A stretch of DNA of 64,000 nt. It comes from an uncultured Chloroflexia bacterium. GTDB lineage: Bacteria > Chloroflexota > Anaerolineae > JAAYZQ01. A model generated the notes under the pieces. The model made no database searches. It saw only the letters and a program-made list of their open reading frames with translations, and was not told the origin of the DNA. Location of the stretch: assembly GCA_963700285.1 (NCBI GenBank), contig CAVOXA010000009.1:160001-224000 (forward strand), written 5' to 3'. Position 1 is the stretch's first letter. Each line of letters begins with the position of its first letter. The position numbers and the translations under genes are program-made. Below, piece after piece: positions 42,040-51,323 of this stretch.

Positions 42040-43410
42040 ATGACCAGCACCAAACATAGACTGCCAGCGCTGGCCCTCCTGGCAGCCATTGCCCTGCTTG
42101 TGACCGGCCTGGCGCCTGTAACCGCTTCACCGTCAGCCCTGCCGGGGGAAGGTCTGGCATCAGTCGCTTCAAACCCTGTACCTGGGTTTGGTTTGGCCGA
42201 TGCGCTCCAGCCGGATCCGCAGATCGAAGCGATGATCTCCCAGGTGGATGTGGCAACTTTGCGCCAATACGAAGAGTGGCTGACCGGCGAAGCAGCCGTC
42301 GATATTGGCGGCGAAGCCTATACCATTGCCACGCGGTACACCCACAGCGGTGTGCCTATTCAGAAGGCCACCCAGTTCGCCTATGAACACCTGGCTGCAT
42401 TGGGGCTTGAGGTAGCGTACCATCAATGGGAGGGCGACACCTACCCCAATGTCATCGCCACCAAAGAGGGTTTGACCAATCCGGAGCAGATCTATATCCT
42501 CAGCGCTCACCTGGACAGCCTGCCTGCAGGTACGGCTGCACCGGGGGCCGACGACAATGCCAGCGGCTCGACGGGCGTTCTGATGGCGGCTGACATCTTG
42601 AGCGAGTATGACTTTGGCTGCACCCTGAAATTTGCCCTGTGGACCGGCGAGGAGCAGGGCATGCGCGGCAGCGCCGCCTGGGCAGAATGGGCCAGTGACC
42701 AGGGCCTCGACATCCGCGGCGCTCTCAACGTGGACATGATCGCCCACGACTCGGATGATTCGCCGGTGGTAGATCTGTACGCCCGAAGCCTGGTGCCCGG
42801 TTCGGTTGAATTGGCCAATGACTTTGCTGGCGTGGTAGACCTTTATGAGTTGGACCTCGTGCCAGACGTGCTGGTCGACAACTGGTTGGGCAATCATAGC
42901 GACAATCGCTCGTTCTGGGACGAGGGCTATGCGGCCATCCTGGCCATCGAGGACTATGATGACTTTAATCCCAACTATCACACTGTCGATGACAAGCTTT
43001 CGGCTTTGAACCTGACCTATATGGCCGAAATCGTCAAGGCATCTTTGGCGACCTTTGTCCATACCAGCGGCTGCCTGCTCGACGAGGGTGTTGGTTACCT
43101 GGGTGGGCATGTCACTGTCAGCAACGGGCAGCTGCAGGTAGAGGGCGCGCCCGTCGCCGGGGCAACTGTCAGCATGCGCAGCGATACGGGCGGGACCATT
43201 TGGACCGCCACGGATGGCACTGGTTATTATGCCCGCACCCTGCCCGCCGGGACCTATACGGTGACGGCGTCTGCTGATGGCTACCGACCTGCCATCGCTG
43301 CGGGCGTGGCTATCCTGCCCGACAGCGTGACCAGCCAGGACTTTGCGCTGGCGCTGCTCCCGCATATCGGTCAACGCCTTTACCTGCCCTTGATCCAAGA
43401 TCGGGAGTAA
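42040..43410 (+). CDS. Secreted M28 aminopeptidase with carboxypeptidase-regulatory-like domain and C-terminal LYLPLI motif
   Basis: SAHLDS, PGADDNASG, TGEEQG, NVDMI, SD..SFW, NPNYHT; ends RLYLPLIQDRE. Confidence 0.92.
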   Translation: MTSTKHRLPALALLAAIALLVTGLAPVTASPSALPGEGLASVASNPVPGFGLADALQPDPQIEAMISQVDVATLRQYEEWLTGEAAVDIGGEAYTIATRYTHSGVPIQKATQFAYEHLAALGLEVAYHQWEGDTYPNVIATKEGLTNPEQIYILSAHLDSLPAGTAAPGADDNASGSTGVLMAADILSEYDFGCTLKFALWTGEEQGMRGSAAWAEWASDQGLDIRGALNVDMIAHDSDDSPVVDLYARSLVPGSVELANDFAGVVDLYELDLVPDVLVDNWLGNHSDNRSFWDEGYAAILAIEDYDDFNPNYHTVDDKLSALNLTYMAEIVKASLATFVHTSGCLLDEGVGYLGGHVTVSNGQLQVEGAPVAGATVSMRSDTGGTIWTATDGTGYYARTLPAGTYTVTASADGYRPAIAAGVAILPDSVTSQDFALALLPHIGQRLYLPLIQDRE

Positions 43411-43444
43411 ACGGCGCACCAGGTGGACGGAACCAGATTGCACT

Positions 43445-43801
43445 GATGAGGACATAGGCGATCAGGACGCCCAGCGCGGTTTGCAGACCGTGCTAGGCGG
43501 ACGCCATAAGAACGGGCGGGGTCAAAGCAATCCAGAAGCCGATCGAAACAGCAGAAATCGCCAGCAAAGCGTGACCCATTGCCTGGGGGATATTCACCAG
43601 GGCAAAGGTCAGACCTGCCGTCAAGTCTGTAGTCAGGTGCTTCTTTTCGGGTTTGATCATGTTCGCCATTTTCGTTGTCGAGACCGCGCTCACAAACAGG
43701 GCAACTGGGGTCTTTGCTCCGCTGCGGTCGTTGGCGGCCGATTAGGGGAGGCTGGAGCCGGTTGGGAAGCCCTGGAACAACCCAGCACCCAGGTTGGCAG
43801 C
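43445..43801 (-). pseudogene. Mosaic of gene remnants: internal SulP fragment, SulP N-terminus, internal AI-2E fragment
   Basis: 43801-43682 AANLGAGLFQGFPTGSSLP*SAANDRSGAKT; 43669-43560 DLTAGLTFALVNIPQAMGHALLA; 43547-43445 SIGFWIALTPPVLMASA*HGLQTAL, resembling the neighbouring AI-2E gene. Confidence 0.75.
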
Positions 43802-43811
43802 ATCGTATGGC

Positions 43812-44948
43812 TCACTCAGCATCGTCGTCCGACTTGGGAACAATGCCCTCGGACTCGCGATTGGAGCCGAAAGACCCCCTCACTCTTCCCCACAAGCCCT
43901 TGACATCTCTCGCCGCCTCATTCCTTTCTTCTTTCTTCTCCTCACCTGTGTAACGCATCAAGATCGCCAGAGTGCGTGTGCCTTCGAAATTCTCCATAAT
44001 GATCAGCACCAGCAGGGTCATCGGCACGGCCAGGATGGCGCCGATCCCACCTAACAGGTATCCCCAGATGAACAGCCCGACGAACACAACCACTGGCGAG
44101 ATCTTTAGCCTCTGGCCCATGAGCTTTGGTTGGACAAAGTTCTGTACCCCCCCATTAATGAGGACGTAGGCGACCAGAACAACCAGTGCAGTTTGGGGAC
44201 CGTACTGAGCGTACGCCATGAGGACGGGCGGGATCAAGGCAATCCAGAAGCCGATGGAGGGAATGTAGCCCATGAACCAGGCCAGCAGCCCCCACAGAAG
44301 AGCGTAGTCGACTCCCATGATCGCGAGGAGAATCATATCACCCAGGCCCACCAATAGGTTGATCCCAGTCAGGATGGTCATGTATTTGCGCACATCGTCG
44401 GTGAGAGCAGTCACTCGCCCGATGTTCGGCGCATTCGGATCCAGTCCCAATCGGGAGGGTGTAGGCAATGCAAGGGCGGCGCTGATCATGAAAAAGAAGA
44501 TCACCAGGGCCAGCCCGAATTGAACCAATAGGTCGAGCACACCTGCCAGCACGCTCTCCGCGAGCGGACCTAGGGAGGTGGTCACCTGGTCGATCTGTAT
44601 ACTCGGCTCAGAATCCGTTGTCGTAGAAAGGTCCGAGCTGGCTTGCTGCGAAGCGCCTGCCAGATAGGTCGGCAGTTCGGTGGACAGTTTGGTGACGGAG
44701 AAGAAAACCGTCGCGATGACCAACCCCAAGAGGACGACGACCATCAGGATGCTCAGCACCAGCGCCAGCCAACCGGGGATACCGCGCTTCGTCAGCCTGC
44801 TGGGGACCGGCAGAACCGTGATGGTGATGACGGCAGCCAGCAGGATCGGGTTAATGATGTAGGCAGAGCTGCGGATCCCGCCCAAAATCAAAAAGATGCT
44901 GGCCAGAGCTACCAGATAAATGACCAATCGGCTTGGTAGATTGTTCAT
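43812..44948 (-). CDS. AI-2E family (PerM/TqsA) transporter
   Basis: LWGLLAW..GYIPSIG, QNFVQPKLMG..L.ISP.VV...LFIWG.LLG..GAILAVP; SD AAGGAGG. Confidence 0.93.
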   Translation of the reverse strand: MNNLPSRLVIYLVALASIFLILGGIRSSAYIINPILLAAVITITVLPVPSRLTKRGIPGWLALVLSILMVVVLLGLVIATVFFSVTKLSTELPTYLAGASQQASSDLSTTTDSEPSIQIDQVTTSLGPLAESVLAGVLDLLVQFGLALVIFFFMISAALALPTPSRLGLDPNAPNIGRVTALTDDVRKYMTILTGINLLVGLGDMILLAIMGVDYALLWGLLAWFMGYIPSIGFWIALIPPVLMAYAQYGPQTALVVLVAYVLINGGVQNFVQPKLMGQRLKISPVVVFVGLFIWGYLLGGIGAILAVPMTLLVLIIMENFEGTRTLAILMRYTGEEKKEERNEAARDVKGLWGRVRGSFGSNRESEGIVPKSDDDAE

Positions 44949-45160
44949 GCTGCCTCCTTTCAAAGAAGTTGGGCCTTGCCTGTGGATCAAGCGTTGCCCC
45001 CCGTTTACCAGCCGACAAACGTTGGAAACGAGAGCAACACCGACAACGCTGTCACCGGATGCGACAAGTACGGTATCGGTGCTGCCCTCGTCCCAGCATT
45101 GACTCGAGCTGGTTCACTGCCGCACCATGGTGGTTTTTGAGTCTGGTCCGGCATCAAGCG

Positions 45161-45469
45161 CTAGGGATAGCTCTCCTGGTAGCCTGGCACGCCACGCCTG
45201 TTGTTGGCGATCTGGGCCCACTTCATGATATCGAGCAGCACGCCCATGCCGAGCCACATCCAGTCCCAGCCGACGATGCCGGCAGGACTCCAGACCAGCA
45301 GGTACATGATGGTGGTGTAGGGCAATAAGATGATGCCCAGCAGTGGCCAGAACCAATTGCCCCCCCAGACGGCATTCCACCTGGAGCCAAAGATCCAGGC
45401 CAGGATCAGCACCACACGCGGAGCGAAAGCCGCGCCCATTGCCAAAAGACATCCACATCCTAAGAACAT
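45161..45469 (-). CDS. Small Trp-rich membrane protein
   Basis: 102 aa, MFLGCGCLL..APR...WPLLGIILLPYTT..Y; SD AAGGAG. Confidence 0.8.
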   Translation of the reverse strand: MFLGCGCLLAMGAAFAPRVVLILAWIFGSRWNAVWGGNWFWPLLGIILLPYTTIMYLLVWSPAGIVGWDWMWLGMGVLLDIMKWAQIANNRRGVPGYQESYP

Positions 45470-45729
45470 CGTATTCTCCTTTACTGCTTGATTATTGTCC
45501 ACCGGAGCGACGCTCGCGCACATCGGCTCCGGGAAGCCGATGGCTTCTTTGCGCTCCTGTTGCAGACCTTCTGCGATTCTGATTTGGTGTACACGTCTGG
45601 GTCGCCGCAACCCGGACGAATCCCCCGCATTCGAGACCCCGACACCGTGACCACCTGTATTTGTCGTCTTGAAAACAGGGATATCAGGGCGCTCGATGCG
45701 GGGCAGGTCACTGGTGGGTCGTTTCGTAC

Positions 45730-45801
45730 CTACCGGCGTCGACTGGTGCGCCGGCTGGTGCGGCGCGAAGCACGTCTTACCGTCCTGCGTGGGGCTGGCA
45801 T
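45730..45801 (-). CDS. 23-aa Arg-rich protamine-like peptide MPAPRRTVRRASRRTSRRTSRRR
   Basis: Perfect SD AGGAGGT 6 nt before ATG 45801; TAG at 45730-45732; 45 nt downstream of the preceding stop. Confidence 0.7.
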   Translation of the reverse strand: MPAPRRTVRRASRRTSRRTSRRR

Positions 45802-45846
45802 ATTATCACCTCCTCTCCCAGGTTGGTCCGGTCAGTCCCGGCAGGT

Positions 45847-46584
45847 CTAGTCCTCTTCTACATCGGCAGCGCCCAGCTCAGCCGCCCCCTCGGCAATCTC
45901 GGCAACGCCTTCCGCTGCGACCTCCCGAGCCTCTTCGCCAAGTTCCAGCCCTACCTCTGCTTCGGCCAACCCTATCTCCGTCAGCTCGGCTCCGGCTGCT
46001 GCCAACTCCCTGCTCCTTAAAGCCAGGCCGGCCGAGGCAGCCAAACGCGCCAGACCCTCCGCGGCCTCTTCCGTGCCGAGATCGGACAGCTTGGCCGCCT
46101 CCTCGCTCAGCGCCAGCGACAGCGCTCGCGTGCCGACGGCCTGGAGCATCACGTCCACGGCAGTGACCTGGAGCATCTCGCCCCGGCTTTCCAAAAAGCC
46201 GGCCAGGATGGGCATCTCCAGCAGGTCAACGACATCGCTGACGGCCCACATCTCGCCCGCGATACGGGCGATCTGCAGACCGTGCTCCAGGTCTTCTTCG
46301 CTCATCAGGCCAACCATGGAGCTCATCAAGTCGACATCGTCCGCTGACTCTAGCATTGCCAGACCCTCATCGACGTCCGTGATGCCGGCAGCGCTGACAA
46401 TCTTGCTCAGGCTGGCCACGCGGTCGGCGACGACCATGGCGTCCACGCCGCGCGTGACGTCGCTGGCCCCGGCCGCCAGCATCTCCTTACCGACATCCGC
46501 CTCGTCCGACGCTGCTTCCAGCGTGTCCAGGCCTTCCTCGAAGTCGGCCAACCCCTGCTCTTCCAGTTCGCTTTTCTTTGACAT
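45847..46584 (-). CDS. Acidic Ala/Glu-rich helical-repeat protein of unknown function
   Basis: 245 aa from ATG 46584 after AGGAGG; repeated GxxD/ExxEGLxxLxxA-like units. Confidence 0.8.
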   Translation of the reverse strand: MSKKSELEEQGLADFEEGLDTLEAASDEADVGKEMLAAGASDVTRGVDAMVVADRVASLSKIVSAAGITDVDEGLAMLESADDVDLMSSMVGLMSEEDLEHGLQIARIAGEMWAVSDVVDLLEMPILAGFLESRGEMLQVTAVDVMLQAVGTRALSLALSEEAAKLSDLGTEEAAEGLARLAASAGLALRSRELAAAGAELTEIGLAEAEVGLELGEEAREVAAEGVAEIAEGAAELGAADVEED

Positions 46585-46796
46585 TTCGTTCCCTCCTATG
46601 TTGGTTTTGTTTTGACACAATTGACATCCGTTCGCAATCACAATTTACATTTCTTCCCTCCTCCTTTTTGGATGCATAGTGGCACGCTGGTGATGAGTAG
46701 TACTGAAAAAACGATCCCGGCGATCGCATCTGCGCGCGGCGTTGTTATACACGATTGGACCAAGGGTGACTTTGGATTCATCCTAGTTTGTCCCCG

Positions 46797-47474
46797 CTAT
46801 GATATCAAGATATTGAGCGCTCCGCCGGCAAGGGCGGTCAAGGTGATGATCGAGATCGTGGATTGCAGCAGCATCAACAGCTTCGCTCGCCGGGTCAACG
46901 GCAGGGTATCGGTGGGACTGAAAGCAAAGCTGGTTGTAAAGGCCAGGTAAATGTAATCGGTATACCTGGGTGCCCAGGAGTCGTAGTGAGGCAAAGGTCC
47001 TGCCCGCTGCGCAAACAAGAAATCCCAAGGCTGATCATCCCGCGGGCTCTCTTCGACTCCCGGAGGATCGATGATCCAATACCAGATCGAAAAAACCAGG
47101 ATATTGGTTATCAACATAAACACGATGCCGACCAGGAGTGTCTTGATCGCCTCCGCCGAAATTCCCAGCAGCACATCTCCCAGTGCTGTCAAATTCATGA
47201 GCAATCCAATTGTCAGCAAGCCATTGAAATAGATGATCAATTTGAACAATGGGCGCTTTTTGTTCAAGAACCAAAGGATGAAAATCAGCAGCATCAGGGT
47301 AAACCGGAGCACCAGCCAGGCGCTTGCGATCAGAGGATGTCGGAAGCCCGGTATAAACTGTTCTAGTTTGCCAAACATCGAGCCATAGGAAACTCCTGCC
47401 TGCAGCAACAAGGTGATCAGCAAGATGAACACAACCATGGTGAGCGAGGCAGAGCGCGTACGAATAAAATTCAT
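46797..47474 (-). CDS. DUF1345-like membrane protein
   Basis: TNILVFSIWYW..D, DFLF, W.P.Y.DYIYLAFTTS.AFSPTDT.PL.RRAKLLM..Q. Confidence 0.8.
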   Translation of the reverse strand: MNFIRTRSASLTMVVFILLITLLLQAGVSYGSMFGKLEQFIPGFRHPLIASAWLVLRFTLMLLIFILWFLNKKRPLFKLIIYFNGLLTIGLLMNLTALGDVLLGISAEAIKTLLVGIVFMLITNILVFSIWYWIIDPPGVEESPRDDQPWDFLFAQRAGPLPHYDSWAPRYTDYIYLAFTTSFAFSPTDTLPLTRRAKLLMLLQSTISIITLTALAGGALNILIS

Positions 47475-47590
47475 GTTGGTTTATTCCCTGGATTCCCGCC
47501 TTCATACTGATGAAGGTGAGAGTGGCAAACATCCTGGAATTCAATTTCCATCTGAATAGGCAGGCCTTGCTCTTGGAGCTTTCGCTTCAT
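47471..47590 (-). CDS. 39-aa small ORF coupled (ATGA overlap) to the DUF1345-like gene
   Basis: SD AAGGAG; MKRKLQEQGLPIQMEIEFQDVCHSHLHQYEGGNPGNKPT; its stop overlaps the next ATG. Confidence 0.45.
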   Translation of the reverse strand: MKRKLQEQGLPIQMEIEFQDVCHSHLHQYEGGNPGNKPT

Positions 47591-47685
47591 CGACTGTCTC
47601 CTTCAGCGCTTGGGAACCAGCCCGATCGACGGCTTCCGATTCGCCCGATAGACGACGATCTCCCAGCTTCGCCCCTCGGCAGGGC

Positions 47686-47718
47686 TTCCGCCGCCGGTTC
47701 TAGCCACTGGCGGCGGAA
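47686..47718 (-). terminator. Hairpin downstream of the sulfatase gene
   Basis: TTCCGCCGCC...GGCGGCGGAA stem; no U-tract on the minus strand. Confidence 0.45.
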
Positions 47719-47736
47719 ACCCGGTCGAATGTAAAC

Positions 47737-50643
47737 TCAGCCAGCGACACCGGACGCGATGCTATTTACTGCAGCATGGTGGTGCAGCATCTGCTCCGTC
47801 TCCATGTGCGCCGGTTTGAGGTCAAAGACAACCTGCTTCAAGTTGCCGGTGAAGGCGTAGGGCGCCTTGTCCTCGTAATCGAGGTCAACCACACCGCCGT
47901 TGTCACGGCCCATATCCATGCCGGCATACGTCGTGAAGAGCATGGCCACTGAGTGGGGCATCTTGCCCTCGCCGATCTGCTTATCATTGGCCCACAAGGT
48001 TACTGTGCCGCCGGCCCCCGGTTTTGGCTCGTCGATCTCGAACAGCATCTTTACGGTCACGTCGCCGGTCGGGATCGGTTCGGTCGAGACCTGCTTGTAG
48101 GTATCGACACCGAGGAACTGGTAGGTGTGGATGAGGTGGCCTTTCTCATCAACCCACAGCGAGAACCCACCGATAAAGTCGGCGAAGGCGCACAACACAC
48201 CCTCGGCGCCGCCTTCCGGCACTTCCAGTTCGGCCTCGATGGCGTAGGAGCGTCCGTAGATGCGGGGGATCACCGTAGTTGATACATTCTGGACATCACC
48301 GGCGAAGCTGTAGCGCCTGGTCATCTCCATCGGTGGCAAGATGCCAAAGAACACACAGAGGCCACCGAGCAACGGCAGTGCCCGGTTGCGCTCTGCTTCC
48401 TGCCAGAAGAGTTCCTTGAGTTCGGCCAGTTTCTCCGGCTTTTCTGCCGCCAAATCTTTGGCCTGGCTAAAGTCGTCTGGCAGGTAGTAGAGTTCCCACG
48501 GATCCTGGTCTGGATCATACCCGCTGCCCGGCCTGAACCGGTTGAGCGTGTCGGGCGAGAAGTCCCACGGCAGCTTGTCGAGCCGGGCGCAGGCCCACCA
48601 ACCGTCCTTGTAGATGGCGCGGCTGCCGTACATCTCAAAGTATTGAACCGTGTGGCGTTCAGCCGCTTCGGCATCGTCAAAGGTGTAGGCAAAGCTGGTG
48701 CCGTCCATCGGTTCCTGCTCAATGCCGTCGACCACCTTCGGCTCAGGGATCCCGATCGCTTCCAGAATGGTTGGAGCGACGTCAATGCAGTGTGTGAACT
48801 GACCGCGAACCTGACTGTCGGGCTTGATGTGGCCTGGCCAGGCAATGACCATCGGATCGCGCGTACCGCCCAGGTGGCTGGCCATCTGCTTGCCCCATTG
48901 GAAGGGTGTGTTGTTGGCGTGCGCCCAGGCCGCGGCAAAGTGAGGCGCCGTGTACTCGCCACCAAGCTCTTCGATGCCGCCCCATTTCTCGATCAGCGCC
49001 AACTGCTCTTCGGCATTCAGCACGATACCGTTGAAGAAGGTCGTTTCATTGAAGGAACCGGTGGTCGTGCCCTCCATGCTGGCGCCATTGTCACCCCAGA
49101 TGTAGACAATCAGGGTGTTGTCCAGTTCACCCATCGCCTCGATTTCGTCGATCAGCCGGCCGACGTTCCAGTCTGCGTTCTCGGAGAACCCTGCAAAGAC
49201 TTCCATCTGGCGCGCGTATAGATTCTTTTCTGCATTGCTGAGTGTGTCCCAGGCCGGGTACGGATCGGGCCGAGGCGCAAGCTCGGTATCCGGCGGGACA
49301 ACGCCCAGTTTCTTCTGGCGTTCGAGGGTTCTTTCCCGGTACTTGTCCCAGCCGTCGTCAAACTGGCCCTTGTATTTGTCAGCCCATTTCCTCGCGACAT
49401 GATGCGGCGCATGGGTAGCGCCGGTGGAGTAATAGACGAACCACGGCTTGTGGGCGTTGTGAGCGCGGACGCCATGGAGCCATTCGATGCTCTTATCGGT
49501 AATGTCATCCGGAAAGTAGTAGAGTTGCCCGTCCTCGCCTTGCGGAACGCCGAGAACCGAGTTATCTTGGGTGATAATCGGGTCATACTGGCCAGCCGCG
49601 CCGGTCAGGAACCCCCACCAGTGGTCAAAGCCCCAGGCTTGCGGCCAGTGTTCAAAGGGGCCGGCAGGGCCCATTTCGTGGCCCGGCGTCATGTGCCACT
49701 TGCCGAAACCGCCGGTGATGTAGCCGTTCTCCTTCAAGATGCGGGGGAGCGCGGTGCAAGTGCGCGGCCGCGTACCGGTGTAGCCGGGGAACGGCCCTGG
49801 AAACTCGGCGATGCCGCCCATGCCCACACGGTGATGGTTGCGCCCGGTCAGCATAGCCGCCCGGGTAGGAGAGCACACGGCCGTCACGTGGAAGGCGTTG
49901 TAGGTCAGGCCCATCTCTTGCACCCGCTCCAAAGTTGGTGTTCGAAGCTCGCCGCCGAAACATTCCGGACCGCCAAACCCGGCATCATCAATGAGAACGA
50001 GAAGCACATTGGGAGCGTCTTCGGGCGCCTTCGGGCCCGGGATAAAGCTATAGTCCGCAACGGCTTCGTCCATGGTGCGGGCAATCGCCCCGCCGAACTT
50101 GCGGTCGGGGATGGGCAGGACGGTGCGGTCGGGACTGAACTTGCCCCGGGCCTCATCCAGGGCGTCCCTGAGACCTTCCTTACCTTTCTTGTCGATGACC
50201 GCAACGGACTTGGCGGGCGAGTCCGCCATCGCCTGCTCGGCCGCCAGGCGGTCGTCTTCCTCCACGATGGCCAGAATGGCAGCCGTGCCTGGCTTAAGCT
50301 TGTCGCCGAGCCCGCTCTCGATGTTCTTCGTGACCTTGTTCTTGGCAAACTTGCCGATCATGGCGCCAGCCGCGGCGCCTACGGCGACCGAGGCCAGCAG
50401 TGGCGGGGCAAAGAGGCCCACCAGCAGGCCGACGCCGCCGCCCCAGCCCGCACCCTTGCGACCGAGGTGGTCGCCGGTCTCATTAACGCTCAAATTGCCT
50501 TCTTTGTCCCTCGCAACCAGGATCATGCCATCGCTTTTGATCTTTTTGTCCTTGACCAACTGCACGAGCTGGTCAAAGTCCTTGGTGGCCAGCTCGGCTA
50601 CCGGGTAGGCGGCGATGATGACAATATCATTTTTCTTGCTCAT
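47737..50643 (-). CDS. DUF1269-arylsulfatase fusion protein
   Basis: N-terminal ~160 aa DUF1269-like (GAGWGGGVGLLVGL..PP..VGAAAGA..GK, LKPGTAAI); sulfatase PNVL..LIDDAGFG, CSPTRAAMLTGR, FGKWH, GDNGAS. Confidence 0.92.
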   Translation of the reverse strand: MSKKNDIVIIAAYPVAELATKDFDQLVQLVKDKKIKSDGMILVARDKEGNLSVNETGDHLGRKGAGWGGGVGLLVGLFAPPLLASVAVGAAAGAMIGKFAKNKVTKNIESGLGDKLKPGTAAILAIVEEDDRLAAEQAMADSPAKSVAVIDKKGKEGLRDALDEARGKFSPDRTVLPIPDRKFGGAIARTMDEAVADYSFIPGPKAPEDAPNVLLVLIDDAGFGGPECFGGELRTPTLERVQEMGLTYNAFHVTAVCSPTRAAMLTGRNHHRVGMGGIAEFPGPFPGYTGTRPRTCTALPRILKENGYITGGFGKWHMTPGHEMGPAGPFEHWPQAWGFDHWWGFLTGAAGQYDPIITQDNSVLGVPQGEDGQLYYFPDDITDKSIEWLHGVRAHNAHKPWFVYYSTGATHAPHHVARKWADKYKGQFDDGWDKYRERTLERQKKLGVVPPDTELAPRPDPYPAWDTLSNAEKNLYARQMEVFAGFSENADWNVGRLIDEIEAMGELDNTLIVYIWGDNGASMEGTTTGSFNETTFFNGIVLNAEEQLALIEKWGGIEELGGEYTAPHFAAAWAHANNTPFQWGKQMASHLGGTRDPMVIAWPGHIKPDSQVRGQFTHCIDVAPTILEAIGIPEPKVVDGIEQEPMDGTSFAYTFDDAEAAERHTVQYFEMYGSRAIYKDGWWACARLDKLPWDFSPDTLNRFRPGSGYDPDQDPWELYYLPDDFSQAKDLAAEKPEKLAELKELFWQEAERNRALPLLGGLCVFFGILPPMEMTRRYSFAGDVQNVSTTVIPRIYGRSYAIEAELEVPEGGAEGVLCAFADFIGGFSLWVDEKGHLIHTYQFLGVDTYKQVSTEPIPTGDVTVKMLFEIDEPKPGAGGTVTLWANDKQIGEGKMPHSVAMLFTTYAGMDMGRDNGGVVDLDYEDKAPYAFTGNLKQVVFDLKPAHMETEQMLHHHAAVNSIASGVAG

Positions 50644-50780
50644 TTCCAGTCTCCTTTCGAATTTTGTCTTTTTCATTTCTCGTAAGAACCGACTGCGAGG
50701 ACTCTATCATTGGCGCGCATCTCCAACTTTCCCACGAATCCCCGAACGCTCTACGACCTCGCTTGAACCGACACAAACAA

Positions 50781-51239
50781 TCATTGAGATGCTGTACCTC
50801 CGTTCTCAAACATCATGCGCTGCTCACCGCCTGGCGTCTCCAGGGCCAGGCCGCCAGCACCATCTGGCCCGCCCGCTGCCACGCTTCCCAGCAGGGCCAC
50901 ATACTGTTGGTCCAGCGACGCCTCACCGCAGAACACCATCGTCGAGGCGCCCAGCCTAATGGTCAAGCCGTTTTCTTGTGAGTAGGTACCGGTGAAGGTG
51001 TTGCAGTCGGCTTTGCCATTGAGCGTGCCGTCGGCGTTGAACGTAATGGTATAGTTCTCTGGGTTGGGCACGGTAGTTGTCTCTTTTGTCGATTGATTGG
51101 TCAAACTTGTCCATTGCCAGTCGATGCCCTGGATCGAATCGGCCGGGGTGGAGGGTGCCGCTTGCTTGCAGGCGGCACCCAGCAGCATGACCGCGAGATA
51201 TGCCAGCAGTATTGCTGATCGGGACATTGTATTCATCAT
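50781..51239 (-). CDS. META-domain lipoprotein (HslJ-like)
   Basis: Lipobox GAAC; WQWTSL, YTITF..DG.L.GKADCN.F.G.Y, STMVFC. Confidence 0.85.
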   Translation of the reverse strand: MMNTMSRSAILLAYLAVMLLGAACKQAAPSTPADSIQGIDWQWTSLTNQSTKETTTVPNPENYTITFNADGTLNGKADCNTFTGTYSQENGLTIRLGASTMVFCGEASLDQQYVALLGSVAAGGPDGAGGLALETPGGEQRMMFENGGTASQ

Positions 51240-51323
51240 CCATCTCCATGCCTTGGCCCCGCCTTACGGCGAGATGGGTTTGTTGCAGGAGGCAGGCAAT
51301 TGAGTGTCATCACGAATTCCTTA

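Noticed and set aside
44955-45155. Possible coding remnant between the small membrane protein and AI-2E
   Set aside because: An open stretch exists but has no start signal or recognisable similarity.
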